Positions 47,768-58,137 of a stretch of DNA of 64,000 nucleotides are shown piece after piece; positions within the stretch are counted from its first letter, which is position 1; each line of letters starts with the position of its first letter. This DNA is from Clostridia bacterium (GTDB lineage Bacteria; Bacillota; Clostridia; Oscillospirales; CAG-272), in contig JAFVTI010000034.1 of NCBI GenBank assembly GCA_017503325.1, positions 29,840 to 93,839 on the forward strand. Direction: 5' to 3'. Both the position numbers and the translations under genes were made by a program. The notes under the pieces are model-generated. The model had not been told where the DNA came from. It ran no database searches and saw only the letters and a list, made by a program, of their open reading frames with translations.

Positions 47768-48457
47768 TTAATTCTGCGGATTGAATCTGCGGTCCAGGCG
47801 CAGACCCATGGTGTCGGAAACGGGGAGCGAGAAGGTCACGGTGCCAAGCTCGGGCTTTTCCTTTGCCTGGTTGACAAGCGCCTGCATGATGGGACGGCGC
47901 TGTGCCTCGGTGGCTACGATCAGGATGGTGTCCTTTTCCTCGGCGAGCGTGACGCCGAAGAAGTGCTCGTCGCCCTTGCCGTACGTGCCCTTTGCGCGGA
48001 TCACGGTGCCGCCGCCGGCTCCCGCCTCGCGTGCTGCCTCCATGGCAACGTCGGAGCAGCCCTTGTTGAGAACGGCAACGATCAGATGTGTATTGTATTC
48101 CATTTTGATAACCTCTCTTTCCTCTGCTTCAATGCTTCCCGTCAGAACCTGCATGGAGTGGATGCCACCCATGCTGTTCAGGGGAATGATCAGACCGATG
48201 CCGCGGCCTGGGATGTCGATCTCCATCTGGTCGGGCAGCGTTGCAAGAATGTTCTGCGTCTGCTGCTTGCCGACAACGGCAGTCAGCATGATTTTTTCGG
48301 TCTGCTCAATGCCAAGCAGATCCAGCGTTTTATTTTGCGCAGTACCGCGACAGGGCACGGCGGCGTAAGCTGCAAGCTTATGACGGGAAAAGTATTTCTC
48401 GTATGCCGCGTGATCCTTTAGGCGCGCAATGATCATTAACAGATTGAGCTCTTTCAT
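47768..48457 (-). CDS. Tandem P-II-like nitrogen regulator family protein
   Basis: Two PII-like halves; AAREAGAGGGTVI-AKGT and FSLPVS. Confidence 0.85.
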   Translation of the reverse strand: MKELNLLMIIARLKDHAAYEKYFSRHKLAAYAAVPCRGTAQNKTLDLLGIEQTEKIMLTAVVGKQQTQNILATLPDQMEIDIPGRGIGLIIPLNSMGGIHSMQVLTGSIEAEEREVIKMEYNTHLIVAVLNKGCSDVAMEAAREAGAGGGTVIRAKGTYGKGDEHFFGVTLAEEKDTILIVATEAQRRPIMQALVNQAKEKPELGTVTFSLPVSDTMGLRLDRRFNPQN

Positions 48458-48471
48458 ATATCCTGTACCTC

Positions 48472-50022
48472 TTACAAATCGATGATATCTTCTTCATCCA
48501 TAGGAACAAACTCTGCATCCATGGGAGTCATCCTCTTGAGTCTTGCGTTGCGGATGTGCCAGATCAATCCGGGGATCTGCACCGCGATCAGAGGCGTCAT
48601 GGCAACGAATGCAACCACGCCGAAGGCGTCAGTTGCCGCGTTTCCACCAACCGCACGGCAAGCACCCATGGCAAAGGGCAAAAGGAATGCCGCCGTCATA
48701 GGGCCGGATGCCACTCCGCCCGCGTCAAACGCGATCGAGGGGAAGGGAGAGGGCACGATGATGGTCAAAATCAATGCGATGGCGTAGCCGGGGATCAAAA
48801 ACCACATGATATTGATGCCGCTGAGCACGCGCACCATGGCAAGTGCGATTGAGCAGGCAACGCCAACCGAAAGGCAACGCAGCACCACCTTGCGCGAGAT
48901 CGCGCCTGCAGTCACGGTATTGACCTGCTTGGTCAGCACGTGCACCGCGGGCTCTGCCTGTACGATAAAGTAGCCCACGACGGCACCGATGGGGACGATG
49001 ATGTATTGCAGAATTCCCTTGTCGGGATCGGCAAGGCCAACGCCCAGCAGATATCCGCAGGGGGAGAATCCGACGTTAGCACCCAGTAAGAACAGAACAA
49101 GACCTAAGTAAGTATAGCCAAGGCCGACCAGGATCTTTTGCAGCGCGCGCTTGGAAAGCGCGTTGCCGGGCTTTTTGGCACAGATGTGATGGAACACAAA
49201 AAATCCTGCCGAAAGGGGACCCAGCGCCATCAGCACCTCCCAGAGCTGGTGAGGCAGCTTGTGAAGGAAGGGCGCAAGGATCTGGTTGGATTGCGTGATG
49301 ATCTCAACCTCGGAAAGATCGGGAGGTACGATATCACCGCCTACCAAAAGGCCAAGGAGCATAACGGCCGAGATGGGACCGACCGAGGAGAGCGCAACGA
49401 GGCCGAAGCAGTCGTTGTCCGCAGCACCGTCCGAACGACTGGAGGCAACACCCACGCCAAGTGCCATGATAAAGGGCACGGTCATGGGACCCGTGGTCAC
49501 GCCGCCCGAGTCAAAGGCAACTGCCCAATAGTTCTGCGGAATGAAGAACGCCATGACAAACACGCCGATATAGCAGATCCAGAGCAGGAGCGAGAGCTTG
49601 ACCTTGAACAGGATGCGCAGCATGGCCAGGACCAGGAAAATACCCACGCCAAGGCCGACCGACGCGGTCAGGACGAAGGGCTTGACCGTGGGCACGTAGG
49701 AGGCAAGCACCTGCAGATCGGGCTCGCAAATGGTGGCAAGAAAGCCTACGAAGAAGGAGAGAAAGACCACGAGCCAGATTTTGCGAGATTTAGTCATTTG
49801 TGAGCCGATATACTCGCCCATGGGGATCATGGACATATCCGATCCCAGCGAGAAAAGTCCCATACCGATGATCAGCAGCACAGCACCCAGCAAGAAGGAG
49901 AGCAGCGTGCCCGTATGCACGGGAGAGATGGTGATTACCAGCAAGATGGTGATCAGCGTGACCGGCATGACAGCGGCAAACGACTCCTTGATCTTCTCAA
50001 GTAACACTGTCTTTTCAAACAA
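48472..50022 (-). CDS. DUF1538 family membrane protein (internal duplication; start uncertain)
   Basis: Duplicated EP, AFDSGGVTTGPMTVPF and AFDAGGVASGPMTAAF motifs. Confidence 0.88.
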   Translation of the reverse strand: MFEKTVLLEKIKESFAAVMPVTLITILLVITISPVHTGTLLSFLLGAVLLIIGMGLFSLGSDMSMIPMGEYIGSQMTKSRKIWLVVFLSFFVGFLATICEPDLQVLASYVPTVKPFVLTASVGLGVGIFLVLAMLRILFKVKLSLLLWICYIGVFVMAFFIPQNYWAVAFDSGGVTTGPMTVPFIMALGVGVASSRSDGAADNDCFGLVALSSVGPISAVMLLGLLVGGDIVPPDLSEVEIITQSNQILAPFLHKLPHQLWEVLMALGPLSAGFFVFHHICAKKPGNALSKRALQKILVGLGYTYLGLVLFLLGANVGFSPCGYLLGVGLADPDKGILQYIIVPIGAVVGYFIVQAEPAVHVLTKQVNTVTAGAISRKVVLRCLSVGVACSIALAMVRVLSGINIMWFLIPGYAIALILTIIVPSPFPSIAFDAGGVASGPMTAAFLLPFAMGACRAVGGNAATDAFGVVAFVAMTPLIAVQIPGLIWHIRNARLKRMTPMDAEFVPMDEEDIIDL

Positions 50023-50166
50023 TTTTTCAAAACACCTCACAACATAATATTCCAATTTTATTATATCGGATTTACCATGCTGATTGGTGAACATTTTGTA
50101 AAGTTCTGTTTGACAACGGGGAGCATCTGTGCTATACTCATGATGTAAATACTTTTCTTACAGAAA

Positions 50167-50967
50167 GTGATGAAAATTATGACGCAACAAACTACCTGCA
50201 CGGCGACCGCATACGATTTCGACGACGTGCTGGATACCATACTGGATATTGCCTGCCGCCTTCTGGAGGCGGGTGCTGAGGTGCGCCGCGTGGAGGACAC
50301 GGTGGAAAGGCTTTGCTTTGCCTACGGCGCGCACGATGTGGACGTGTTTTCCATCGTCGTGCTGGTCGGCGTGACCTCGGAGGGTCCCAACGGCGACCAC
50401 TATACGCAGATCCGCAAGGTGGGCAGCATCGGCAACAGCCTTGTGCGCATTGAAAAGCTCAACGCGCTCTCGCGCAGACTGTGCGCCTGCCCCGAGGATC
50501 CTTGGAAGGTCAAGGCCGAAGTGGCAAGCATTTGCAAAAAGCAAACGTACTCGGAGCTGCTTTTGCATGTAAGCGCAGCCATTGCCGCGGGCGGCTTTGC
50601 CATGTTTTTTGGCGGCGGCTGGCTGGATGGTCTGATCGCCGCCCTGATCGGCGTGGTGATCATGGTGTTCAATATACATACGCCAAGCAAGGTCAACGGC
50701 ACGCTCAAAACCTTTGTCACAGCCTTTGTGGCGGGCGTGCTTGCGCTGCTTGCCTGCGCCGTGATCCCAAGCGGACACCCCGATATGATCATGATCGGCA
50801 CCATCATGCTCATGATCCCCGGCCTTGCGCTGGGTACCTCGCTGCGCGATCTGTTCGGCGGCGATATGGTCTCGGGGCTTTTGCGCTTTGCGCAGGCGTT
50901 GTTTACTGCAGCCATCATTGCGGCAGGCTACGGCCTTGCATGGCTGACGATAGGAGGGATCGTATGA
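50167..50967 (+). CDS. Threonine/serine exporter family (ThrE) subunit 1
   Basis: GAEV-RVEDT, N-LSR and IPGLAL--S-RDL. Confidence 0.88.
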   Translation: MMKIMTQQTTCTATAYDFDDVLDTILDIACRLLEAGAEVRRVEDTVERLCFAYGAHDVDVFSIVVLVGVTSEGPNGDHYTQIRKVGSIGNSLVRIEKLNALSRRLCACPEDPWKVKAEVASICKKQTYSELLLHVSAAIAAGGFAMFFGGGWLDGLIAALIGVVIMVFNIHTPSKVNGTLKTFVTAFVAGVLALLACAVIPSGHPDMIMIGTIMLMIPGLALGTSLRDLFGGDMVSGLLRFAQALFTAAIIAAGYGLAWLTIGGIV

Positions 50968-51452
50968 CCTGGCTTGATATCATCAACAGTACGATTGCCT
51001 GCTCAGTAGCCCTTTTGGGCATTGCGGTCATTTTTGACGTGCCGCCCAAAAAGCTGCTCTGGGCCATGATCGGCAGCGTGATCTCCTGCGTGCTGATGCT
51101 GATCGGAGATAAATTCGGCATCGATCCGCTGATCACCAATATGGTTGCCACCGCCGTGCCTTGCGTGTATTGCGAGATCATGGCGCGCGTGCTCAAAACG
51201 CCCACCACCGTGTTCATGATCCCCACGCTTTTGCCGTTGGTGCCGGGAAGCCGCCTGTATTATACCATGTTTTATCTGTTCAGCGGCCAGCAGGCACTGT
51301 TTATGGAGAATATGCTGGCGGCGGTCAAGATCTGTACGGGTATTGCCATGGCCATCATTGTGGTTACGGGTGCCGTGCGCTGGCTGGAGGCTGCCAAAAA
51401 GCAACGCCTGGAGCATGAACGCCAAAAGCATCAAGCGGAGATCAACCGATGA
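50964..51452 (+). CDS. Threonine/serine exporter family subunit 2
   Basis: ATG 50964 overlaps the upstream stop; AR--KTP-TVF-IP-LLPLVPG--LY. Confidence 0.85.
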   Translation: MTWLDIINSTIACSVALLGIAVIFDVPPKKLLWAMIGSVISCVLMLIGDKFGIDPLITNMVATAVPCVYCEIMARVLKTPTTVFMIPTLLPLVPGSRLYYTMFYLFSGQQALFMENMLAAVKICTGIAMAIIVVTGAVRWLEAAKKQRLEHERQKHQAEINR

Positions 51453-52051
51453 AAAACGTGATTTTTGATTTCGGGCAGGTGCTTGTGCGCTTTGATCCGT
51501 CTTATATGGTGGAGAAGTACGTATCCGACCCCGTGGAGGCTGCGCTGCTTGCGCATATCGTATTTGACCGCAAGTATTGGGATAGGCTGGATGCCGGAAC
51601 GATTTCCGACGCCGAGGTGGTGGCGGATATCAAAACCCGCGTGCCCGCACGTCTTGGGGACGAGGTGGAGTTGATCTACTACAACTGGATCTACAATATC
51701 CCCGAGGTAGAGGGCATGCGCGAGGTGATTGCGCACGTCAAAAGCACCTACGGCGCGCCCGTTTACCTGCTTTCCAATATTTCAAAGTATTTTGCCGCGC
51801 ACGCGTATGAAATTCCCATTCTTGCGCTGCTTGACGGCTGTGTTTTCTCGGCCGAGTGCGGTATGACAAAGCCGCATACCGACATTTTCGTGCATATTTG
51901 CGAGAAATTCGGGCTTGATCCCACCGAAACCGTATTTGTGGACGACCGTGAGGACAACGTGCAGGCGGCCATGCGACTGGGCATGGCGGGATACGTGTTT
52001 GACGGGGATGCCGATAAGCTTCGCACCTATTTGGATTCACTTTTTGCATAG
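51449..52051 (+). CDS. HAD family phosphatase
   Basis: VIFDFGQVL, LLSN, KP and FVDD. Confidence 0.92.
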   Translation: MKNVIFDFGQVLVRFDPSYMVEKYVSDPVEAALLAHIVFDRKYWDRLDAGTISDAEVVADIKTRVPARLGDEVELIYYNWIYNIPEVEGMREVIAHVKSTYGAPVYLLSNISKYFAAHAYEIPILALLDGCVFSAECGMTKPHTDIFVHICEKFGLDPTETVFVDDREDNVQAAMRLGMAGYVFDGDADKLRTYLDSLFA

Positions 52052-52060
52052 GAGACAGAT

Positions 52061-53266
52061 ATGAATCATCCTGACAAATATTTGGCCAAGAGATATGATA
52101 CGCCCAACCGATCAAGGGCGTTTACCGACGCGGTGTACTGCAAGGCGGACGCTACCGGCGCGGATCTGAACGCCGCGTGGCGCAGTCTTGATCCGCCCGC
52201 CCCTGAGCTGATACCCTTGGTGGGCGAGATGCACGGACACACCAACCTCTCGGACGGCAGACCCGATATCGATACGTATTTTCGCAACATCCGCGATCTG
52301 GCGAGGCTTGATTTCGCGGTGCTGACCGACCACGACCACGGCGGCGTGGGCAGACCCACGCTGTGGGAAGGAAGCCCCTCCAAATGGGATCTGATTCGCG
52401 CAAAGGCAGCCGAGTACTGCGAGCCGGGCAAGTTTTCCACGCTGCTTGGCTACGAGCGCGATTCGTACCCGTTCTATAACAATTTGGTGCTGTATTTTCG
52501 CGATGCGGACGCGGAAATGGTGCGCGGTGTGCGCGACGGTGAGATCACCGAGGACGAGCTGCGCGCATTGCTTGCGCGCGATGACGTGATTACCTGCCCG
52601 CACGATACCTATTCCTTTACCTCCAACGCAGATTTTTTAGCGCTGCCCGTAGAGCTGCACACGCCCTTTATTGAGGTCATCTCGCGCGGCGACGCGGCAG
52701 AGTTTATGGGCAACCCCGCGGGTGCGACCTATGCGTGCTGCGAGGGCGGCTTTTGGCAGGACGCCTTGCGCAAGGGCGCGAAAATGGGTGTCATCGGCGG
52801 CTCGGACGACCATAGCGGCATGAATGGCCGCGTGGATGACGCACAGCCATATCCACAAAAATACCCCGGTGTGACCGGCGTGTGGGCGACCGAGAATACC
52901 CCTGCCGCCATTTTCGAGGCGCTGCGTGCCAAGCGCACGTATGCCTTTATGATGGGCGAGGCGAGTGGCGAGATGCGCGGCCGCATGGAGATCGATTTCC
53001 GCATCAACGGTCACTATATGGGCGAGGTGATCACCCGCCTCGAGAGCCGCGATCTGCAAATTTTTTATCGCGTCAAGGCCGACGTACCCGTAAAGCGCGT
53101 GACGCTGGTCAAGAATTGCCGCAATTACGTCGCGCTTTCCGCCGCATCCGAGCTGATTTTAGACTACAAGCAGGAAAATGCGACCGATTATTTCTATCTG
53201 CGTGTCGAGCTTACCGACGGCCGCTTTGGCTGGACCTCGCCGATCTGGGTGGAGCAGAGCACGTGA
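52061..53266 (+). CDS. PHP-like metallohydrolase (DUF3604/CehA-McbA-like)
   Basis: GEMHGHT-LSDG, LTDHD, GGSDDH and WTSPIW. Confidence 0.8.
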   Translation: MNHPDKYLAKRYDTPNRSRAFTDAVYCKADATGADLNAAWRSLDPPAPELIPLVGEMHGHTNLSDGRPDIDTYFRNIRDLARLDFAVLTDHDHGGVGRPTLWEGSPSKWDLIRAKAAEYCEPGKFSTLLGYERDSYPFYNNLVLYFRDADAEMVRGVRDGEITEDELRALLARDDVITCPHDTYSFTSNADFLALPVELHTPFIEVISRGDAAEFMGNPAGATYACCEGGFWQDALRKGAKMGVIGGSDDHSGMNGRVDDAQPYPQKYPGVTGVWATENTPAAIFEALRAKRTYAFMMGEASGEMRGRMEIDFRINGHYMGEVITRLESRDLQIFYRVKADVPVKRVTLVKNCRNYVALSAASELILDYKQENATDYFYLRVELTDGRFGWTSPIWVEQST

Positions 53267-53427
53267 TCAGTCAATAAAAAGTACACCCCTTACGGACTTG
53301 CTCCGCAAGGGGTGTTTTTGTATCCCCAAAAAACAACCGTTGGTTGAATACACATATCCCACATTTCTATTGCAATTCAAAAAGCCTTATGCTATAATGA
53401 AAACAGAAACCGATCAAGGAGGCGTAT

Positions 53428-55587
53428 ATGTCCGAAAATCAGTTGAATGCAAGTGCGTTTGGGGAGAGCATCCGCCGCGGACGCAAGCAAAAGGGAATGA
53501 CGCAGGAGGCGCTGGCGCAGATGCTGAACGTTTCCGCGCAAGCCGTTTCCAAGTGGGAGACCGGGCAAAGTCTGCCCGACATCGGACTTTTGTTGCCGCT
53601 GTCCAAGGCGCTGGGCGTTGGCGTCAACGAGCTGCTGGGCGGCAGCCGCAGGCAGGAGCTGGAGCAAAAATTCCAGGCAAATCTGCCGTTTGGCGAGGAG
53701 CTGACCCTGCTTGTGGCCTTGGAGGCCTTGGAGGAGTATCCCGACGACGAAACCTTCCTGTACCGCCGCGCATGCGACGAGCTGTTTCTCGGTGAGCGCG
53801 ACATCAAGGATCGCCCGAACAACTTCTATTATTTAGATCATGCCATTCAGCATTTTGAATACCTGCACGCCAAGTACCCCGAGGCAGAGCATTACACCAC
53901 CTCGCTGGTACGCGCATATCGCGTCCGCGGACGCATGGACGAGGCGGATAAGCTGGCAAGAAGCCTGAAAAGGTCCGAGAGTCAGCTTGCGGTGCTGATG
54001 GGGGAGGACAAATTGCGGCAGCAGCAAAGGGAGATCCGCGAGCAGACGCAAAAGCTGTGTGGGTTGCTTTTGAAGTACAATACGCTTGAGTCCTTGGACG
54101 CGTATCAAATCATTTCCGAGGCGGTATTCGGCGAGGATATTCTCTATGAAACGGATAACGGCTATGCGCTTGCGTACGCAAAACAGGCAGAGCTGTGCCG
54201 CGCGGCGGGGGACACCAAGGGCTTTGCTTCCTCGCTGACCAAGGCTTACGAGCTGGCAGGGCAGTACGATGGGCTCAAGCGCGGCATCACGCCCTGTCAT
54301 GCGCCGCTGCTCAATCTTTTGACCAACGAGGTCAGATCACATTGGCAGATGTATTGGTTTTTTGATTCGCACATGCATCTTTTGAAAGATCCCGCCACCC
54401 GGGAGCTCAAAGGGCGCATCGTGGACGAGCAGATCACCTACCATCAGCTTTGCCGACATGAGTGGCAAGCGTATTTTGCGTTTTGCAAAACGTATGCCTG
54501 CGGTCCGACCTGGAACAATTACAGCACCGAGTACGATTTTGAGATCGACTATATGAACGTGGTCAAGAATTTCCGGTTCCGCGGCTATTTTGACGCGCAG
54601 ATGCATGCATATTACCGCGCGCTGGTCGAAAGGCTGATCAATGAGGGCATCATGAAAGGCTATTGCGCTTATGCGGGGAACGACATTCTTGCCTATCTTA
54701 ACTGCAAGGAGAAGGACAGTTATTTCGCGCTTGGAATTGATGAGGAGCAGCGCGCCGTGCCCACCGCCCCCGAGGGCAGCAAGATCCTTGCCATTGTGGA
54801 TATGCTGGTAGCTCCCGCATTTGTGGACAGTTGCATGGGGGAAAGGCTTTTGCAGCATGCGCTGAAGGACGCCCAAAGAAGGGGATTTACCCATGCCGAG
54901 GTATATCTGACCGAAGGGCCGATCTACCCCGAAAAAGAGCATTTTGAAGCCATTCTGAATATGTATTTGCAGGCGGGATTTGTGGTGATCCGCGATTTTA
55001 CCGCCGATCATGAGCACGAGGGGCATAAATATCACGGCATGCGGCAGTATATTTTGCAAAAGAAAATTGACGATGACAGCTTTGCCCGGCGCGCGACGCG
55101 CTTTACCTTTGGCGACTACGTCATTGACGTGGACGTGGAAAGAACGCGCGAGATCTATAAGACGCTGCAGCCCGTGTCAAAGCGGTGTACGTGCGATTGG
55201 TGTGCAAATTACCAAAAGGCTGTCACGCATGCGCCCTCGCAGGTAAAGAGCATGTTTGAGAGTCTGGGTATTGACCTTGAACGCATTACGGAAAGTGCTG
55301 CGTGCCATCAAAACCGCGACGGAAGCTGGCATTATGACTGCACCTGCCACGTGCGCGGCAAGTTGGTCAAGGGAAAGGAATTGACCCGCGTGGTGGGTGG
55401 CGGGTTGGTCACGTTGAGGTCAGAGGATGCATACGAGGTCGCCAAGGGCGTGATCGTATGGTTTAGCGACGAATGCAACAGAGTGGAAAAGGAATTTGAC
55501 GCGCCCATTCTTCAGCTCGATTTTGGCATCGACCTGCCCTGGGTGTTAGATAAAAAAGCACCGGAGCATCCGTCGTTTATCATATAA
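53428..55587 (+). CDS. XRE HTH regulator fused to helical, GNAT-like and CxCxxC domains
   Basis: TQEALA-MLNVSAQAVSKWE; GNAT-like stretch (LLQHALKDAQRRGF...YLQAGF); CTCDWCANY. Confidence 0.8.
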   Translation: MSENQLNASAFGESIRRGRKQKGMTQEALAQMLNVSAQAVSKWETGQSLPDIGLLLPLSKALGVGVNELLGGSRRQELEQKFQANLPFGEELTLLVALEALEEYPDDETFLYRRACDELFLGERDIKDRPNNFYYLDHAIQHFEYLHAKYPEAEHYTTSLVRAYRVRGRMDEADKLARSLKRSESQLAVLMGEDKLRQQQREIREQTQKLCGLLLKYNTLESLDAYQIISEAVFGEDILYETDNGYALAYAKQAELCRAAGDTKGFASSLTKAYELAGQYDGLKRGITPCHAPLLNLLTNEVRSHWQMYWFFDSHMHLLKDPATRELKGRIVDEQITYHQLCRHEWQAYFAFCKTYACGPTWNNYSTEYDFEIDYMNVVKNFRFRGYFDAQMHAYYRALVERLINEGIMKGYCAYAGNDILAYLNCKEKDSYFALGIDEEQRAVPTAPEGSKILAIVDMLVAPAFVDSCMGERLLQHALKDAQRRGFTHAEVYLTEGPIYPEKEHFEAILNMYLQAGFVVIRDFTADHEHEGHKYHGMRQYILQKKIDDDSFARRATRFTFGDYVIDVDVERTREIYKTLQPVSKRCTCDWCANYQKAVTHAPSQVKSMFESLGIDLERITESAACHQNRDGSWHYDCTCHVRGKLVKGKELTRVVGGGLVTLRSEDAYEVAKGVIVWFSDECNRVEKEFDAPILQLDFGIDLPWVLDKKAPEHPSFII

Positions 55588-55714
55588 AGCTGTTGTAGGG
55601 CAACATTTGATGAGGTTATGGGTTGCTTGTTCGCAGGCGAGCATAAAACCCCTTGACACAAGGCTTTTCGCGTGGTACAATATACTCCTGTAAGATCCTT
55701 TGGGGAGGTGCGAG

Positions 55715-56563
55715 ATGGCGACCAAGGCATATATAAACGGGCAGATCGGGAACTGGGATGAAATGATGATCCCGCTTTCCGACAGATCTGTGTTTTTTGG
55801 CGACGCGGTGTACGACGCTGTGCTGGTGCTTGGCGGCAAGCCCTTTGCCATGGATTTGCACCTGGACAGACTTTATAACAGCTGCGCGCTGACCGATATT
55901 ATGTTTTCCATGCCGCGAGAGCAGCTGATGGGTGAGATCGGCCGCCTGCTTGCAGTATCCGAGGGGGACGCGCATATGCTGTATTTGCAGGTAACGCGCG
56001 GTGCAGCACCCCGCAAGCATGAGTATCCCGAAGGCGTCGCGCCCAATCTGATCATGTTTGCAAAGCCGATTTCGCTGACGCCCAAGGATAAGAGGGTCAA
56101 GCTGATCAGCATGCAGGATCTGCGCTATGAGTACTGCCATATCAAGACCACCAATCTGTTACCCAACGTGTTTGCGTCCGAAAAGGCGACGCGCGCGGGG
56201 GCGGACGAGGTGCTCTGGCACAGAGACGGACGCGTGACCGAGGCCGCGCACAGCAGTATTCTCATGATCAAGGACGGCGCGGTGATCATGCCGCCGCTGG
56301 ACCATTTGGTATTGCCCGGTATTACGAGAAAGGTCATGCACAACCTTTGCGACCAAAACGGCATCGGGGTTGAAGTGCGCGAGTTTACGGTGGACGAGGT
56401 CATGCAGGCGGACGAGATCATTCTGTGCAGCACGACCAAGAATATTTTGTACGTTTCCGAGATCGACGGCATCGCGGTCGGCGGCAAGGACAGGGAATTG
56501 GCACAAAGATTGCAGGAATTGTTTTTGGACGAGGTTTACGCGCAGACGGGCGTGAGGATTTGA
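55715..56563 (+). CDS. dat: D-amino acid aminotransferase (class IV)
   Basis: DRS-FFGDAVYD, HLDRL, YLQVTRG, HIKTTNLL and LPGITR. Confidence 0.85.
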   Translation: MATKAYINGQIGNWDEMMIPLSDRSVFFGDAVYDAVLVLGGKPFAMDLHLDRLYNSCALTDIMFSMPREQLMGEIGRLLAVSEGDAHMLYLQVTRGAAPRKHEYPEGVAPNLIMFAKPISLTPKDKRVKLISMQDLRYEYCHIKTTNLLPNVFASEKATRAGADEVLWHRDGRVTEAAHSSILMIKDGAVIMPPLDHLVLPGITRKVMHNLCDQNGIGVEVREFTVDEVMQADEIILCSTTKNILYVSEIDGIAVGGKDRELAQRLQELFLDEVYAQTGVRI

Positions 56564-56722
56564 ATATGAGAAAACGGCGGGGAAATCCCGCCGTTTTTGC
56601 GAAAAAATCACCAATTTTGACACCGACTCTCAATCAGCGTGATATTGCATTTTGCTTTTCCGTTTGCTATACTATACTCGAAGAGGCCACTTCAAATTTA
56701 TTTTGAAAGGTGAATTATCTTG

Positions 56723-57847
56723 ATGAAATTAAATTTTTCGGAAAATCTCAAAAAACTGCGTAAGCAAAAGGAAATCACACAGGAGGCTCTTGCCGACGTA
56801 CTGGGTGTGTCGGGACAGTCTGTCTCGCGTTGGGAGATTGGCATTTGTTATCCCGACTTAGAGCTTTTGCCCTCGATCGCCAATTATTTCGGTGTGAGCG
56901 TGGACAGCCTGCTTTCCAACGATACAAAATCAAAGCAAGAGGAGCACGAGGCGTTCTATCCAACACTCGACAGTATATCGGACGGCGCGAAGCGCATTGA
57001 ATTTATCCGGGAGTATTGCTGCAAATATCCCGAAAACGACGAGTATGCCTACGTATTGGTGCAGGATATCAAGGATTACGCTGCGGCTGATGAGACAAAG
57101 CTTCGCAAATACATGCCGCTGGTCGAGAAGCTGGTGCCAAGACTATTGGAAACGCGCTATCGTAACGCTACTATTCAGATCATGGTTTCCATTTGTGAAG
57201 AAAAGGATTTGCAATCCTGGCTGAGCATGACGCCTTACTCGGGATGGAGCCGACGCTACTGCTTGGTTGCGCGCGCTATGGCACATGGTGATTGGGAGCA
57301 TGTGCACGTACAACAGGGACTGGAAATGTTTGAGAGCATGGCGGATCAGTTGGATCGTCGCTACCCCGATCAGTTAGGACCTCAAGGGAAAGTGCAGTTC
57401 CACCGCGAGGTTTTGGACATGATTCGCTCCTTGGGCGGCGGTATCGTACCTGACGGTTGGAAGATGTTTTATGCCTACAAGCAGTTGGTCATGTCTGCCT
57501 GCTTGTTTGGCTGCGGTGAGGGTGAGCAAGGATGGAAGAATTTCCGCGAGGCGATTGCCATGTATCAAGAGGCTCATGCACTCCCCGAGACATATCTCAG
57601 CATTGGCGGAAAGCTGTTTTCGGACTTGAAGGTAAGCAAGGATTGGAATTATGCCATTGACAGCAAGGGCGAAAGACATAAGCTGTTTGCTATGGTAAAT
57701 CTGTCCCGCTATAATGCCGTGTACATCTGTGACCTCTTGGAGAATCCCAGATGGGCGTGGTTTGACAGCGTCAGAGATATGCCTGAGTACTGTGAAGCCC
57801 TCTCCTGGGTCAAGCAAAAGGTGCAGGAGCAAAGGGACGAAGATTGA
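56723..57847 (+). CDS. XRE family regulator with helical C-terminal domain
   Basis: TQEALADVLGVSGQSVSRWE---CYPD. Confidence 0.88.
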   Translation: MKLNFSENLKKLRKQKEITQEALADVLGVSGQSVSRWEIGICYPDLELLPSIANYFGVSVDSLLSNDTKSKQEEHEAFYPTLDSISDGAKRIEFIREYCCKYPENDEYAYVLVQDIKDYAAADETKLRKYMPLVEKLVPRLLETRYRNATIQIMVSICEEKDLQSWLSMTPYSGWSRRYCLVARAMAHGDWEHVHVQQGLEMFESMADQLDRRYPDQLGPQGKVQFHREVLDMIRSLGGGIVPDGWKMFYAYKQLVMSACLFGCGEGEQGWKNFREAIAMYQEAHALPETYLSIGGKLFSDLKVSKDWNYAIDSKGERHKLFAMVNLSRYNAVYICDLLENPRWAWFDSVRDMPEYCEALSWVKQKVQEQRDED

Positions 57848-58016
57848 CGCATAACGGGGGAAATGTTCTCCTCCCGCCCGCTATGATGGATCTGCGTTTG
57901 GGTGCGCGACCATAAACCGCTTTTGTGCGGGAGGATGATATCCTCCCCTACAAGAGGAAAAATGAAAAGGGCTGCCCTTCGGGCATTTCTCATAAGGAAG
58001 TCTAATCTAAAATACC

Positions 58017-58064
58017 GTAGGGGCGAACTGTGTTCGCCCGCGGGAGACCGCAGGTCTCCCCTAC
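58017..58064. repeat. GTAG-type REP doublet (family A)
   Basis: Inverted homolog of 17118-17165. Confidence 0.85.
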
Positions 58065-58137
58065 AGACACATATAAATTTCGGCAGAGAACTTGTTTTCT
58101 CTGCCGATTTATGTTATAATTGAATCAGCAAAAAAGT

